From a virus: a DNA stretch of 64,000 nucleotides. How positions within the stretch are numbered: position 1 is the stretch's first letter; the number at the start of each line of letters is the position of its first letter. The DNA lies in the IMG/VR virus record IMGVR_UViG_3300037245_001077, positions 1 through 64,000 of that record; one strand, given 5' to 3'. Position numbers and translations under genes: made by a program. Of the stretch, positions 30,601 to 39,391 are shown piece after piece. The notes under the pieces are model-generated. The model saw only the letters and a program-made list of their open reading frames with translations, had not been told where the DNA came from and ran no database searches.

Positions 30601-31413
30601 AGCTGTATATTGAGCAGGCCCGAAAGTTTTTACTTCATGAGAATAATGCTGTTAGGGCTTTCACATATGTTGAAGAAGCGCAAAAAGTGATGAGGGAGAT
30701 CGAGGAGACGGGGGGGAAATGGTTAGACTAATGGCATACTTTAGAACTACTTATGTGTTCGAGGTGTTGAGTGAGGAGCCGATGCCTGATCCTATAGGGC
30801 TGGAGGAATTACGTTACCAGACTTATGAGGGTCATTGTTCTGGTTTGTTTGTGGATACTAAAAAAGAGGAATTGACTGAGGTGGAGATGACCGCTGCGTG
30901 CCACGAGCACGGGACTGATCCCGGTTTCTTTATGATTGGAGTATGCGAGGAATGTGATGAGGAAGATTGCCCTGGTTTGATCGTTTGCCCTCAGTGTAAT
31001 ATTGAGGAGCACGGAATCGCAGCAGCAACTCACGTCGAGGACCATGGTTATTGCCGCGAATGTCTACGGAAGTGGCAGGAAGGGGACGAGAATGCCTGAG
31101 TACAAAATCTCGGTTATTAGAGCTGATGACCTAGGAAAAGAACCCAAAATAAAAACGAGCTTTGAAGAAGATGTGGAGGAGATCGAGGAACTGTTCAGGG
31201 AGTGTGGCCTGGACGAACTACTGGATGACGAAGATGCCTAAGCCGACCCATGAGCAGATCAAGAAGGTTGCAGAAGCTCTTTCTGATGCCTTGTTTAATG
31301 ATTGGGAAGAACTCTGTAATTTCGTACAGTCTTCATTAGAATATCAGTATGATGATGAGGAGGGTATGCGGAACTTCCTAGAGGATTGGAAAGATTATGT
31401 GGAGAAGGAATGA
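27634..31413 (+). other. array of small hypothetical CDSs (27634-27996, 27996-28265, 29007-29255, 29326-29940, 29937-30119, 30120-30401, 30391-30555, 30555-30731, 30731-31099, 31092-31241, 31234-31413)
   Basis: Coupled + strand ORFs with RBS. Confidence 0.65.
28258..29010 (+). CDS. class I SAM-dependent methyltransferase-like (spermidine-synthase-like) protein
   Basis: VLMGGLGMGY, VYEID, GD, YDYAFIDIY. Confidence 0.75.
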   Translation: MSSPFSTEYLEEEIAFYNPQLYEKDGVKLILKPIKGACRIDEYLNVMLWTEGPDIPVLMFNDTLWMSLTWMEVQSFWVARQEFEGVVLMGGLGMGYAALRLAAKPEVEKVVVYEIDSRVIEFFEETQKGRPEMDKIEIRVGDVHEAEGKYDYAFIDIYATLLPDELREDAQFFLHDASEKLEVGQWCFWGQEAIWFNMLERGESPNITRVESVFFGLFSDYEHSNLKPPMGDGNTEFSEEVHYLLRGDTL

Positions 31414-31706
31414 GCGACTTCCCAAACTACCCGTGCGTCGGCTGTGGTTATTGCTGCCGAAAAGCTCAGTGTGGGTGGAGCGTGTGCCAGCACGGATTCG
31501 TTGACCCTTGCCCAGAGTTGTACCCAGTTGGATCCCAGTGGAGGTGTAAGGCGGCGAATAACCTCGAACTTGAAGAAGCAGTTGGGATCGGAACTGGTTG
31601 TTGCTCTCCGATGAACTCTGACAGAGGGGCCGCCACTGTTACCTTGACACAAGTAATAGCTGATGTTAACCTAGAGTCTGATAGGAGTAATCAGGCGGGT
31701 GGCTAA
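31410..31706 (+). CDS. Cys-cluster (CxxCxxCC, YkgJ-like) putative Zn/Fe-S protein
   Basis: CVGCGYCC...CPEL...WRCK...GCCSP; overlaps the start of the UDG-exo gene. Confidence 0.65.
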   Translation: MSDFPNYPCVGCGYCCRKAQCGWSVCQHGFVDPCPELYPVGSQWRCKAANNLELEEAVGIGTGCCSPMNSDRGAATVTLTQVIADVNLESDRSNQAGG

Positions 31707-32931
31707 ACTCTACAATCGAAGCTGTACACTTTGTCCCTATCATTCTAACGATGGAATTACGTGTATATCTGGGGCCGGGAATATCAAAAATCCTGCAATT
31801 ATGGTAGTAGGAGACTCCCCTGGGTACCAAGAAGCTATGCAGGGAAAGCCCTACGGTGATCAACAAGGGCAACTGATTTCTGAGGCACTACAGGAAGTAG
31901 GAATCGAGACGGGCCGGGACGGAGAGGTATACGCTACGTATGCTGTTAAGTGCTTTCCCTCCGGCAAAGTGAAAATCAAGAACGCCAGAACGTGTGCAGA
32001 AAATTATCTACTGAAGGAGATCGTCAAATTTAAGCCTGACCTTATCCTAGCTCTGGGAAAGACCTCCCAGATCGTGCTGCTGAGTAATACTGCGCCCCTG
32101 TCCAAGACCCATGGTAAAATATTCGAGGCGAAATTCGAGTTAGAGGATGAGGTTTTCGAGACGAAGGTCATGCCTATCGAGCACCCATTCAGTGTGTTGC
32201 AATCCCCTGCTAAACTAGATCCATGGTTGTCTGATTTGCGGCGTGCAAAAGCTGTATTTTATGGGGAAGGAAACCCCTACTGGTCGGAGGATAAGCTCTC
32301 CCGATTCAATTTCCAAGTGATCAAGTCTGAGCGTCATTTCAAAGAGGTGGCGAGATATCTAACCGGTAAGTACAAGGGTAGCTGTCTCTCAATAGACATC
32401 GAGGCGTCTGGGCTTGATGACGCTATTCTCCGTGATGAGTTTAAGGTGTATTGCGTTCAGTTCGGGATTGTGGATTTAGAGGATCGTGTTGAGAATGAAC
32501 GACTTCCGGTATATGTTCTCCCCATCCAGTCTGAGCAGTTCGCTGTGTGCTCTGACTCTATGTGGGTGGATAAGTGTAGGTTTCTGCTTAATAATTTCTT
32601 CAGCGAGCGGTATTTCCGACTCGTCGGTCACAATCTGAAGTACGACCTTAAGGGGCTGCGTAGGCTAGGCGTGTCTGCTTATGGCCATTGGGACACCATG
32701 ATGCTCTGGGCCAACACGCATGGTGAAGCTCCGATGTCATTGAAGGAAATCGCTTATCAGGTGTCAGATTTAGGTGGTTATGAAGAAAAGATGGTTGAGT
32801 ATTTTGAAGAACATGGGACTTACGACGCGCCGGAAGAGATCTTAGTTACGTATAGTGCTCTGGATATTGTGGTTACGCGGTTGTTGATGTACGATATGAA
32901 TCAAGGTATTCTACAGGAGGTAAAGAAATGA
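31699..32931 (+). CDS. family-4 uracil-DNA glycosylase-like domain fused to a 3'-5' exonuclease (N-terminal half of a split PolA)
   Basis: CTLC, VVGDSPG, AVKCFP, HP (UDG4-like); ExoI SIDIEASG, ExoII GHNLKYD, ExoIII YSALD. Confidence 0.9.
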   Translation: MAKLYNRSCTLCPYHSNDGITCISGAGNIKNPAIMVVGDSPGYQEAMQGKPYGDQQGQLISEALQEVGIETGRDGEVYATYAVKCFPSGKVKIKNARTCAENYLLKEIVKFKPDLILALGKTSQIVLLSNTAPLSKTHGKIFEAKFELEDEVFETKVMPIEHPFSVLQSPAKLDPWLSDLRRAKAVFYGEGNPYWSEDKLSRFNFQVIKSERHFKEVARYLTGKYKGSCLSIDIEASGLDDAILRDEFKVYCVQFGIVDLEDRVENERLPVYVLPIQSEQFAVCSDSMWVDKCRFLLNNFFSERYFRLVGHNLKYDLKGLRRLGVSAYGHWDTMMLWANTHGEAPMSLKEIAYQVSDLGGYEEKMVEYFEEHGTYDAPEEILVTYSALDIVVTRLLMYDMNQGILQEVKK

Positions 32932-33377
32932 ATGAGAAAGAAATGAGTGAGTATGAAGAAGAGGTTCAGGGGATAATCAATCGTGAGTTGCTGATTCGGT
33001 TGCTTTATCTGTCTGTTCAGTTCGGGCTGATCTGGGGCACTATCAGGTTTATCATGATTGGTAACTCTCTTGCGGGTCTCACCTGCTTCTTAGGGTTCCT
33101 GGGTCTTGGGGTTCTTATTATGTCTAAGCTTGCTCTTAATCTTCTCTCTCGTTTGAATGTGCTGGTGGAAGTAGGGGTGAAACGTTCTTTCTTTGATAAG
33201 ACGCTGGGCCGACCGAATCCTGGGCAAATTGATCGTCTACTTCGATGTGAGTGTGATGAGTGTCAGGAAATGCGTGACCGTTTTGAGTTACCTAACCGTA
33301 TAGATTTAAACTCTCTGCTTACTGAGATGGAAGAAGAGGATGATGCACAAATGGAGAAGAAGTTGACGGAGCATTAG
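32928..33377 (+). CDS. two-TM membrane protein with CxCxxC, lying between the polymerase halves
   Basis: AGGAGG RBS; hydrophobic segments around aa 21-73; RCECDEC. Confidence 0.75.
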   Translation: MNEKEMSEYEEEVQGIINRELLIRLLYLSVQFGLIWGTIRFIMIGNSLAGLTCFLGFLGLGVLIMSKLALNLLSRLNVLVEVGVKRSFFDKTLGRPNPGQIDRLLRCECDECQEMRDRFELPNRIDLNSLLTEMEEEDDAQMEKKLTEH

Positions 33378-34853
33378 ATGGCAGGATTTTATAGCTTTGC
33401 GGAAGGCGGCTCTCCACGCTGGTTGTGTGACTACCAACGTCAACTCTTGAACGCCTTTGTGGATATAGAAATGACGGGATTTCCGTTCTCTCCTGTGGTC
33501 CACCAACAGTTCATTGGTAATGCCAAGAGGATCTACACCGATTACGAAAATCGTTTGCGGAGCAACAAGGATTTCCAAAGGTACTGTCAGCTCAACGATA
33601 TCCCAACTGCTCCCGATGATAAGAAGCGATTTAACTTTGGGTCGCCCACCCAGCTCCGTGAGTTCCTTTTTGCAGGCCAACTTCAAGGAGGCCAAGAGTT
33701 AGAGGCTATCAAGGTGAGTAAGGCTACAGGGGCAGCCAGTACTGACCGGGAATCGTTAGAGCATTTTGCGGAGGAAGGCAATGAGTTCTGCGCTGATCTC
33801 CTCGTCATCCGTAACTTCGGCAAGCTCCTGAGTTCGTTTGGTGAACCGCTCCTGTCCTTTTACTCTACGCGCACGGGGGCGTTGCACCCCACGTATTTTT
33901 TGGCGAAGGTGATTGATGGAACCGGGGTAGCCGGTGGTACACATACGGGGCGTCTTAGCTGTAAGCACCCGAACATGCAGCAGATCCCTAAACGAGACAA
34001 GGATGAGGAGGGGATAGGTTTAGCTGGTGTAGATGTACGGCGGTCATTCGTACCGATCCCAGGTCATTTACTTGTCGAGGTAGATCAGAGTCAGGTCGAG
34101 GTCAGGGTCGCAGGCATGTATTCGTTAGATCAGAAAATGGGAGAGTTCTTCAAGGCCGGTGGAGATTTCCATACTCGTGTAGCCAGTCAGGTGTTCAAGC
34201 AGGATTTCGACGAGCTTACACTTATCCTCAAAGATAAGGACCATACCGATTATTCAGTGGCTAAGAAGTATAGGTCCGCAGCTAAGACATTTACGTTCGG
34301 GCTTATGTTTGGTATGGGCCTCGGGAAGCTCACACGACAGAGTGGGTTGACTGATGAGGAGGGAGAAGCGTTCATGGAGGAGTACTTCAATACCTTCCCT
34401 GAGTTCGCACGGTGGCGAGAGGGCATGATCGAGTGGGCTAAGGAGGAGGGCTATGTCACTACCCTCTTTGGTCGTAGGCGCATGATTAAGATTTCTGGGT
34501 ATGCTACAGACGACGGTAGAGAGGAGAGAATAGGGGTCAACACTCCAATTCAGTCAGCGGCAGCAGATATTACATTGTACGGATTGTCGAGGGTTTGGCA
34601 GTTTATAACAGAGAATAAACTGGAAACCAGAATTCTTGGAACAGTTCACGATAGTATAATATTTTCGATGCCACCTGCCGAGGTGAACGAGATACTGCCG
34701 AGGATAGCTCAGATGATGATTCGTCCTCCGAATCTGGAGTGGCTCCTTGATGAGGTGCCGGTGCCGCTATCTGTAGGAGTAGACATCGGAGAAAATTTTC
34801 GAGATATGAAAGAAGTTTCACTTGACAATGTACTAGCGGGAAGGATTATTTGA
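33378..34853 (+). CDS. polA: family A DNA polymerase, polymerase domain only
   Basis: TGRLSCKHPNMQQIP, motif A DQSQVEVR, DFH, motif B RSAAKTFTFGLMFG, NTPIQSAAAD, motif C VHDS; has its own GGAG RBS. Confidence 0.95.
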   Translation: MAGFYSFAEGGSPRWLCDYQRQLLNAFVDIEMTGFPFSPVVHQQFIGNAKRIYTDYENRLRSNKDFQRYCQLNDIPTAPDDKKRFNFGSPTQLREFLFAGQLQGGQELEAIKVSKATGAASTDRESLEHFAEEGNEFCADLLVIRNFGKLLSSFGEPLLSFYSTRTGALHPTYFLAKVIDGTGVAGGTHTGRLSCKHPNMQQIPKRDKDEEGIGLAGVDVRRSFVPIPGHLLVEVDQSQVEVRVAGMYSLDQKMGEFFKAGGDFHTRVASQVFKQDFDELTLILKDKDHTDYSVAKKYRSAAKTFTFGLMFGMGLGKLTRQSGLTDEEGEAFMEEYFNTFPEFARWREGMIEWAKEEGYVTTLFGRRRMIKISGYATDDGREERIGVNTPIQSAAADITLYGLSRVWQFITENKLETRILGTVHDSIIFSMPPAEVNEILPRIAQMMIRPPNLEWLLDEVPVPLSVGVDIGENFRDMKEVSLDNVLAGRII

Positions 34854-35131
34854 TGGCACAGCGACACACGAAAGTTACCCGGAGACCAGGGCGGAAAAAA
34901 TGCTCCAGTAAGGCTAAGCAGCAGAATAACCATAGGAGGCAGAAGAACTGGTTGCGGCATGAGTACACTCGGAAGTTAGCTCGGAAATTGTCAAAGATGG
35001 CTACTCTTATTGACAAAGGTGAGTACCAAGGGATTGCGAATAGTCCTCTGCTCCATTTGAATTGGGATTATGTGATCAAGAGATCCCTGCTAGCAAATTC
35101 ATCTTGGAAGAAGTCCCTACAAAAGAGTTGA
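34850..35131 (+). CDS. small basic hypothetical protein
   Basis: Coupled ORF with a K/R-rich N-terminus. Confidence 0.55.
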   Translation: MMAQRHTKVTRRPGRKKCSSKAKQQNNHRRQKNWLRHEYTRKLARKLSKMATLIDKGEYQGIANSPLLHLNWDYVIKRSLLANSSWKKSLQKS

Positions 35132-35156
35132 CATTATCAACCACATCGTGTACGTT
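35128..35156 (+). promoter_or_regulatory. sigma70-type promoter
   Basis: TTGACA-17 nt-TACGTT. Confidence 0.6.
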
Positions 35157-35197
35157 GTATAAGAGGGCGACAATATAATGACTGTTTGGAGGTATCA

Positions 35198-36679
35198 ATG
35201 AAACGGGTTTTATCAATTTGGTTTGTGTTAATTTTAGTGGTTGTGGGCTTTGGGTATACGGAGACATCCGACTACCCAGGTCAACGTGCTATGAGGCGAG
35301 TTCCTGTTGAGGGAGCTTCTAGTTGTGGCGTTACTCCGTTATATGCGGGGCAAGATACTCAGGTTGGTTATGCCCAGGTGACTTGGTTGCCGGATGTGGT
35401 TAAGATCACCTATACCATCGATCAACCAGGCTGGCATATGACCACAGGCTACGTGGGCTGGTGGTATCCTGATGAGGAGCTTCCCCCAAAAGCAATTCCC
35501 GGTTGTGGTGCTAATAAAACTAATTGCGTTGGTACTGAGCAGCCAGATTCCCCAACAAGTCATACGTTTACGATTGATCGTAGCCTAGTTGATCCTGCTT
35601 GTATTTTTGCTATCCATGCTGATGTTATTGGCCCTTGTGGTGAACAGAAGACGCAGAAGATAGCGTACTACGATGGCTTTACTTTCCCCGACGAAGTGTT
35701 GATGAGAGTGTTTAATGTCGGGGCGCGTTCCTATTTCAGAGTCCAAATTGATGGTGACGGTGTAAGTGGCTCCGGGTATAATGGCTGGTGCTTGGATAAG
35801 CAACAAGATATCACGCCTGGTTACTGGTACAGAGCAAACGTTATCCAAGAGTGGGCTGATCTTGCATATCTTCTTGATGATCCCGAACATGACCTACCTC
35901 TGATTGAGTGGATTGTGAAAGAGCGTATGGTTGGTCGAATTATCATTAACGATGTGATTGTCACGCGAAGGCATGTACAGAATGCCATTTGGTATATCCT
36001 AGGGGATATTAAAAATACTGGTTCCGTAGCAAGGTCCATTGCGGACGCTGCTGAAGATGCTGTTTATGCCATGGCTTTTGAGTACGGCTCAACTACTAAA
36101 GACTACGAGCGTGGTTGTTGGAAATGGGCCGGGATGATAGTTCTCGATCCTATGTTTGATGCCCCATGGTCAGGTGGTGAGGCTCATGCTCAGCCTATCC
36201 TGGTTCCTATCATGCACCAGATCCCGTGTGAAACACCTACTCCTACTGAGACGCCTACCCTTACTCCTACTCCACCCCGCAGAACAAGGACTGCAACTGC
36301 TACTGTTACGAACACCCCCACGTCTACTAGCACTCCTACAGCTACAGACACTCCCACGGTAACTAATACTCCCACAAAGACTCAGACACCTACAGGCACA
36401 CGCACACCTACGACAACGGCAACCGTGACCCGTACTCAGACACCTACGAGCACTAGCACTCCTACGAGCACTCAGACGCCTACGAGCACTCGAACATCTA
36501 CGGATACGCCTACGCATACCTCCACACCTACTCAGACGGCTACGTGGACGTTTACGCCTACGCAGACGGCTACCTTTACTCCTACTCCTCCCCCAATGTG
36601 TGGGGAGACAGCATGGGCGTTTGGTCAGTATCCCTTTACTCAATCCTGGGGTTGGTTCTATGAATGTTGTCCTGAATAA
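35198..36679 (+). CDS. exported protein with thioester-domain-like motifs and a Pro/Thr stalk
   Basis: GGAGGT RBS and hydrophobic N-terminus; GWCLD, VQNAIW, AQPIL; about 120 aa of TPT repeats; LYAGQ...ETAWA flanking domain. Confidence 0.8.
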   Translation: MKRVLSIWFVLILVVVGFGYTETSDYPGQRAMRRVPVEGASSCGVTPLYAGQDTQVGYAQVTWLPDVVKITYTIDQPGWHMTTGYVGWWYPDEELPPKAIPGCGANKTNCVGTEQPDSPTSHTFTIDRSLVDPACIFAIHADVIGPCGEQKTQKIAYYDGFTFPDEVLMRVFNVGARSYFRVQIDGDGVSGSGYNGWCLDKQQDITPGYWYRANVIQEWADLAYLLDDPEHDLPLIEWIVKERMVGRIIINDVIVTRRHVQNAIWYILGDIKNTGSVARSIADAAEDAVYAMAFEYGSTTKDYERGCWKWAGMIVLDPMFDAPWSGGEAHAQPILVPIMHQIPCETPTPTETPTLTPTPPRRTRTATATVTNTPTSTSTPTATDTPTVTNTPTKTQTPTGTRTPTTTATVTRTQTPTSTSTPTSTQTPTSTRTSTDTPTHTSTPTQTATWTFTPTQTATFTPTPPPMCGETAWAFGQYPFTQSWGWFYECCPE

Positions 36680-36702
36680 GTTTGATCACTGAGCGGTGGT
36701 CA

Positions 36703-36728
36703 GGGGGGAGTTAATGCTCCCCCCGTTT
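36703..36728 (+). terminator. probable terminator hairpin
   Basis: GGGGGGAG-ttaatg-CTCCCCCC-GTTT. Confidence 0.6.
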
Positions 36729-36741
36729 ACTAGGAGGTAAA

Positions 36742-37209
36742 ATGAAGATTTCGATGAAGGTGGGCGGTCAGAAGTTCGACTATGATATCGAAAAAGAGTT
36801 AAATTTCGATCCAGAGTTCGTGTTTGATGTCCTCGGGGAGCAACCTGGGAAACAGGTATGGTGGTGGCATTTGGTGAGCATGAAGGAGCGTGAGGTTGAA
36901 GATTTCAAGGTCAACATGGATGCGGAGCTTGCCCAGATTGAGTTGAATTTCCGTGCAGATGGTAGTGTTCTTGAGGCTCAGTACGGCAAGGTTACAGAGT
37001 CGGTGATCCGCTCAGCAGTAGCCATCCATCCCGACGTTATCACCATCCATAAGAAGGCCAACGCCATGAAGCAGGATCTGAATATGCTCAAGGCTGCGGC
37101 TCGGGGATTTGATGCTCGTGGTCCTCTGCTCTGTACTGCGGGATCAGCGCAGAAAGCAGAAGTCCAGGCTCGGCTCCGGCAACTGGTAGGAAAGGCAAAA
37201 AAAGACTAG
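36742..37209 (+). CDS. UvsY-like recombination mediator (helical)
   Basis: Size, helical pattern (KVTESVIRSAV..HP) and position before SSB/RecA. Confidence 0.5.
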   Translation: MKISMKVGGQKFDYDIEKELNFDPEFVFDVLGEQPGKQVWWWHLVSMKEREVEDFKVNMDAELAQIELNFRADGSVLEAQYGKVTESVIRSAVAIHPDVITIHKKANAMKQDLNMLKAAARGFDARGPLLCTAGSAQKAEVQARLRQLVGKAKKD

Positions 37210-37235
37210 ACAAGCTTGACATCGTGTGATACATT
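37207..37235 (+). promoter_or_regulatory. extended -10 sigma70 promoter for the SSB-RecA operon
   Basis: TAGACA-17 nt-TACATT with TG at -15/-14. Confidence 0.6.
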
Positions 37236-37295
37236 ATGGCTGTCTCGTATTTGTAAACGTATTTGTTAACCCGTAAACGTAAAGGAGAAAGTAAC

Positions 37296-38282
37296 ATGAG
37301 TCGTAATAGTAAGTTGGCTGAAGCTCTCCGGAAGAACAGGGAACGGTCCTCAGGACAATTCCTTCCGTTCTTCAAGTTCCCCTCAGGAAAGACAGTGATC
37401 CGTATCCTGCCTGCGTCCGCAAAGGATGATGATGGCGACTGGTTCCTGCCTGTGGGATTTCACTATAACGTGGATGATAAGCGTCCTATTACCTGTCGGT
37501 ATGAGACTCAGTGGGCTGAGGATAACTGCCCTGTCTGTGACATGGTACGTGAGCTTCGCTCGGATGGTATGAATGATGAGGCCGGTAGGATCGCTCTACG
37601 GCGTCAGTTCATCGTTCGTGCAATCGTGCGTGGTGAAGAGGATAAGGGAGCGCAGATGATTCGTTTGCCCTCTACTCTTTTCCAGGCTGTCGGTGAGATC
37701 ATCCGTGACGAAGAGACGTTCGGTGATGTGCTCCACCCCGGACCTAAGGGCAGGGATATCATCGTGGTCAAGACCGGCGCGAATCTCCAGACGGAGTATC
37801 AGGCGAACGCTCATCCCAAGAACGTTCCAGCTCTCCCCACACCTGAGGAGACTAAAGCTCTTATTAGTGCTTTCCCCGTTATCGCAGATCTTGTGACCGT
37901 TCCCGATGAGGAAGAGGTTGCTGGTGTCCTCAAGGCCAAGTTTGGATACGTCTCGGCCATGGGTGACGTATACGAGGAAGAGGATGACGATGATGATAAC
38001 ACTTCGTGGGAAGGTGATAACGATGTTCCTTACGGTGGTGGTGTAGAGACTACCGAGGAGAATGCGCCTAGCGAGCCTGAGGCCAAAGAAGATGATGGTG
38101 CCTTGGATGCTTGGATGGCATCGGATGGTGAGGAGGAGGATGACGGTCCTAGTGTCTCTGAATTGGCGCGAGCAGATCAGGAAGGGGCTAAGGTCTCTGG
38201 TTTGAAAGATGACCTCAAGGACAAGAAGACTCCTCCTAAGAAGCGTCGTGGGCGCACGAAGAAGACGCAGCCCGTAGCGTAG
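37296..38282 (+). CDS. gp32-like single-stranded DNA-binding protein
   Basis: IRILP, FHY, C..CPVC, GRDIIVVKTG..TEY, long acidic tail; AAAGGAG RBS. Confidence 0.85.
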   Translation: MSRNSKLAEALRKNRERSSGQFLPFFKFPSGKTVIRILPASAKDDDGDWFLPVGFHYNVDDKRPITCRYETQWAEDNCPVCDMVRELRSDGMNDEAGRIALRRQFIVRAIVRGEEDKGAQMIRLPSTLFQAVGEIIRDEETFGDVLHPGPKGRDIIVVKTGANLQTEYQANAHPKNVPALPTPEETKALISAFPVIADLVTVPDEEEVAGVLKAKFGYVSAMGDVYEEEDDDDDNTSWEGDNDVPYGGGVETTEENAPSEPEAKEDDGALDAWMASDGEEEDDGPSVSELARADQEGAKVSGLKDDLKDKKTPPKKRRGRTKKTQPVA

Positions 38283-38288
38283 TCAGTC

Positions 38289-39383
38289 ATGGGTAGACGG
38301 AAGTCTGTTGATGAGCCAGAGGTAGTGAAAACTGCCTCTGGTTCTTCTATTATCCTTGATTTAGTCAAGTACTTACAATCCGAAAGCGATGTGGATGTTG
38401 GGATCTTGGGCGATGACACTGGAGTAATCGCCAATCCGAAGTTCCTACCCACTGGGTTGCCTATCATCGATCATATGCTCGGTGGGGGTATACCCGCAGG
38501 CAGGCTGACGGAACTATTCTCCAAAGGTCAAGGGCTTGGGAAGAGTAGCCTTGTTGCTCGGTTGATGGTGGAGATGCAAGCGCAGGGTGGCGAGGTGATC
38601 CTTATGGACACTGAGCATGGTTTCACTAACGAGAGACTAGAACAGCTTGGCGTGGATCTGAATAGAGTGATCAAGGTTCAACCGGAGTACATTGAACAAG
38701 GTGCATCAGAGATTAAAAAGATCTTGAAATTCCTCAAGAACAGCAAGACCAAGCGCGAAGACAAGACGCTTATCGTGTGGGATAGCATTACAGCTAGTCC
38801 CAGTAAGCAGGAGTTCGAAGCAGAGTATGGTGACATGCAAATTGCCAGTGCTGCTCGTGCTTGGAGTTCAATAATCAAAATCTTAAAAGATCAGGTGGCT
38901 AGGTCTGAGGTGTACATAGTTCTTGTCAACCAGACACGTACCAACATCATGCAGATGTTTGGAGAGAAGCAGAAGTCCACAGGTGGTATTGCAATCAAGT
39001 ACTACGTGGGGGCCAGTCTGGTACTCAGTCGAGGAGCCAATGCGTGGTTGAAAGAGGGGCCGCAGCGAGTAGGATTCAAAGTGACTATGATGACTGAAAA
39101 GTCTCGGGTGGCTGCTCCGTACAGAGTGGCCGAGGCACATTTCCTATTTGACTCAGGCTATGACAGATGGCGAGCGTTGTTTGATCTACTCATAAAGCTC
39201 CATATTATCAAGGTAAACGGAGCATGGTATGAGTTGTCTGGGGTGTCTAAGTCCTTCCAAGCGAAGCAATTTGAGACTGTAATCACCTCATTATCTGATC
39301 CATTTAGGAAAGAAGTAATTGAGGCGTTGCGTGAAGCACGCATCACACCCGAAGGTATAGCGTACTTTTTCCCTGACGAATAG
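38289..39383 (+). CDS. recA: RecA/UvsX recombinase
   Basis: PTGLPIIDHMLGGGIPAGRLTE, GKSS, MDTEH, IVWDSI, VNQTR, TGG.AIKYY. Confidence 0.92.
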   Translation: MGRRKSVDEPEVVKTASGSSIILDLVKYLQSESDVDVGILGDDTGVIANPKFLPTGLPIIDHMLGGGIPAGRLTELFSKGQGLGKSSLVARLMVEMQAQGGEVILMDTEHGFTNERLEQLGVDLNRVIKVQPEYIEQGASEIKKILKFLKNSKTKREDKTLIVWDSITASPSKQEFEAEYGDMQIASAARAWSSIIKILKDQVARSEVYIVLVNQTRTNIMQMFGEKQKSTGGIAIKYYVGASLVLSRGANAWLKEGPQRVGFKVTMMTEKSRVAAPYRVAEAHFLFDSGYDRWRALFDLLIKLHIIKVNGAWYELSGVSKSFQAKQFETVITSLSDPFRKEVIEALREARITPEGIAYFFPDE

Positions 39384-39391
39384 GGGGCAAT

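Noticed and set aside
32932-33377. Group I intron, intein or ribosomal hop in the polymerase
   Set aside because: The interval is fully coding with its own RBS, has no HNH/GIY-YIG/LAGLIDADG or intein motifs, and an in-frame TAG precedes the pol ATG. RT-PCR would be needed to exclude splicing formally
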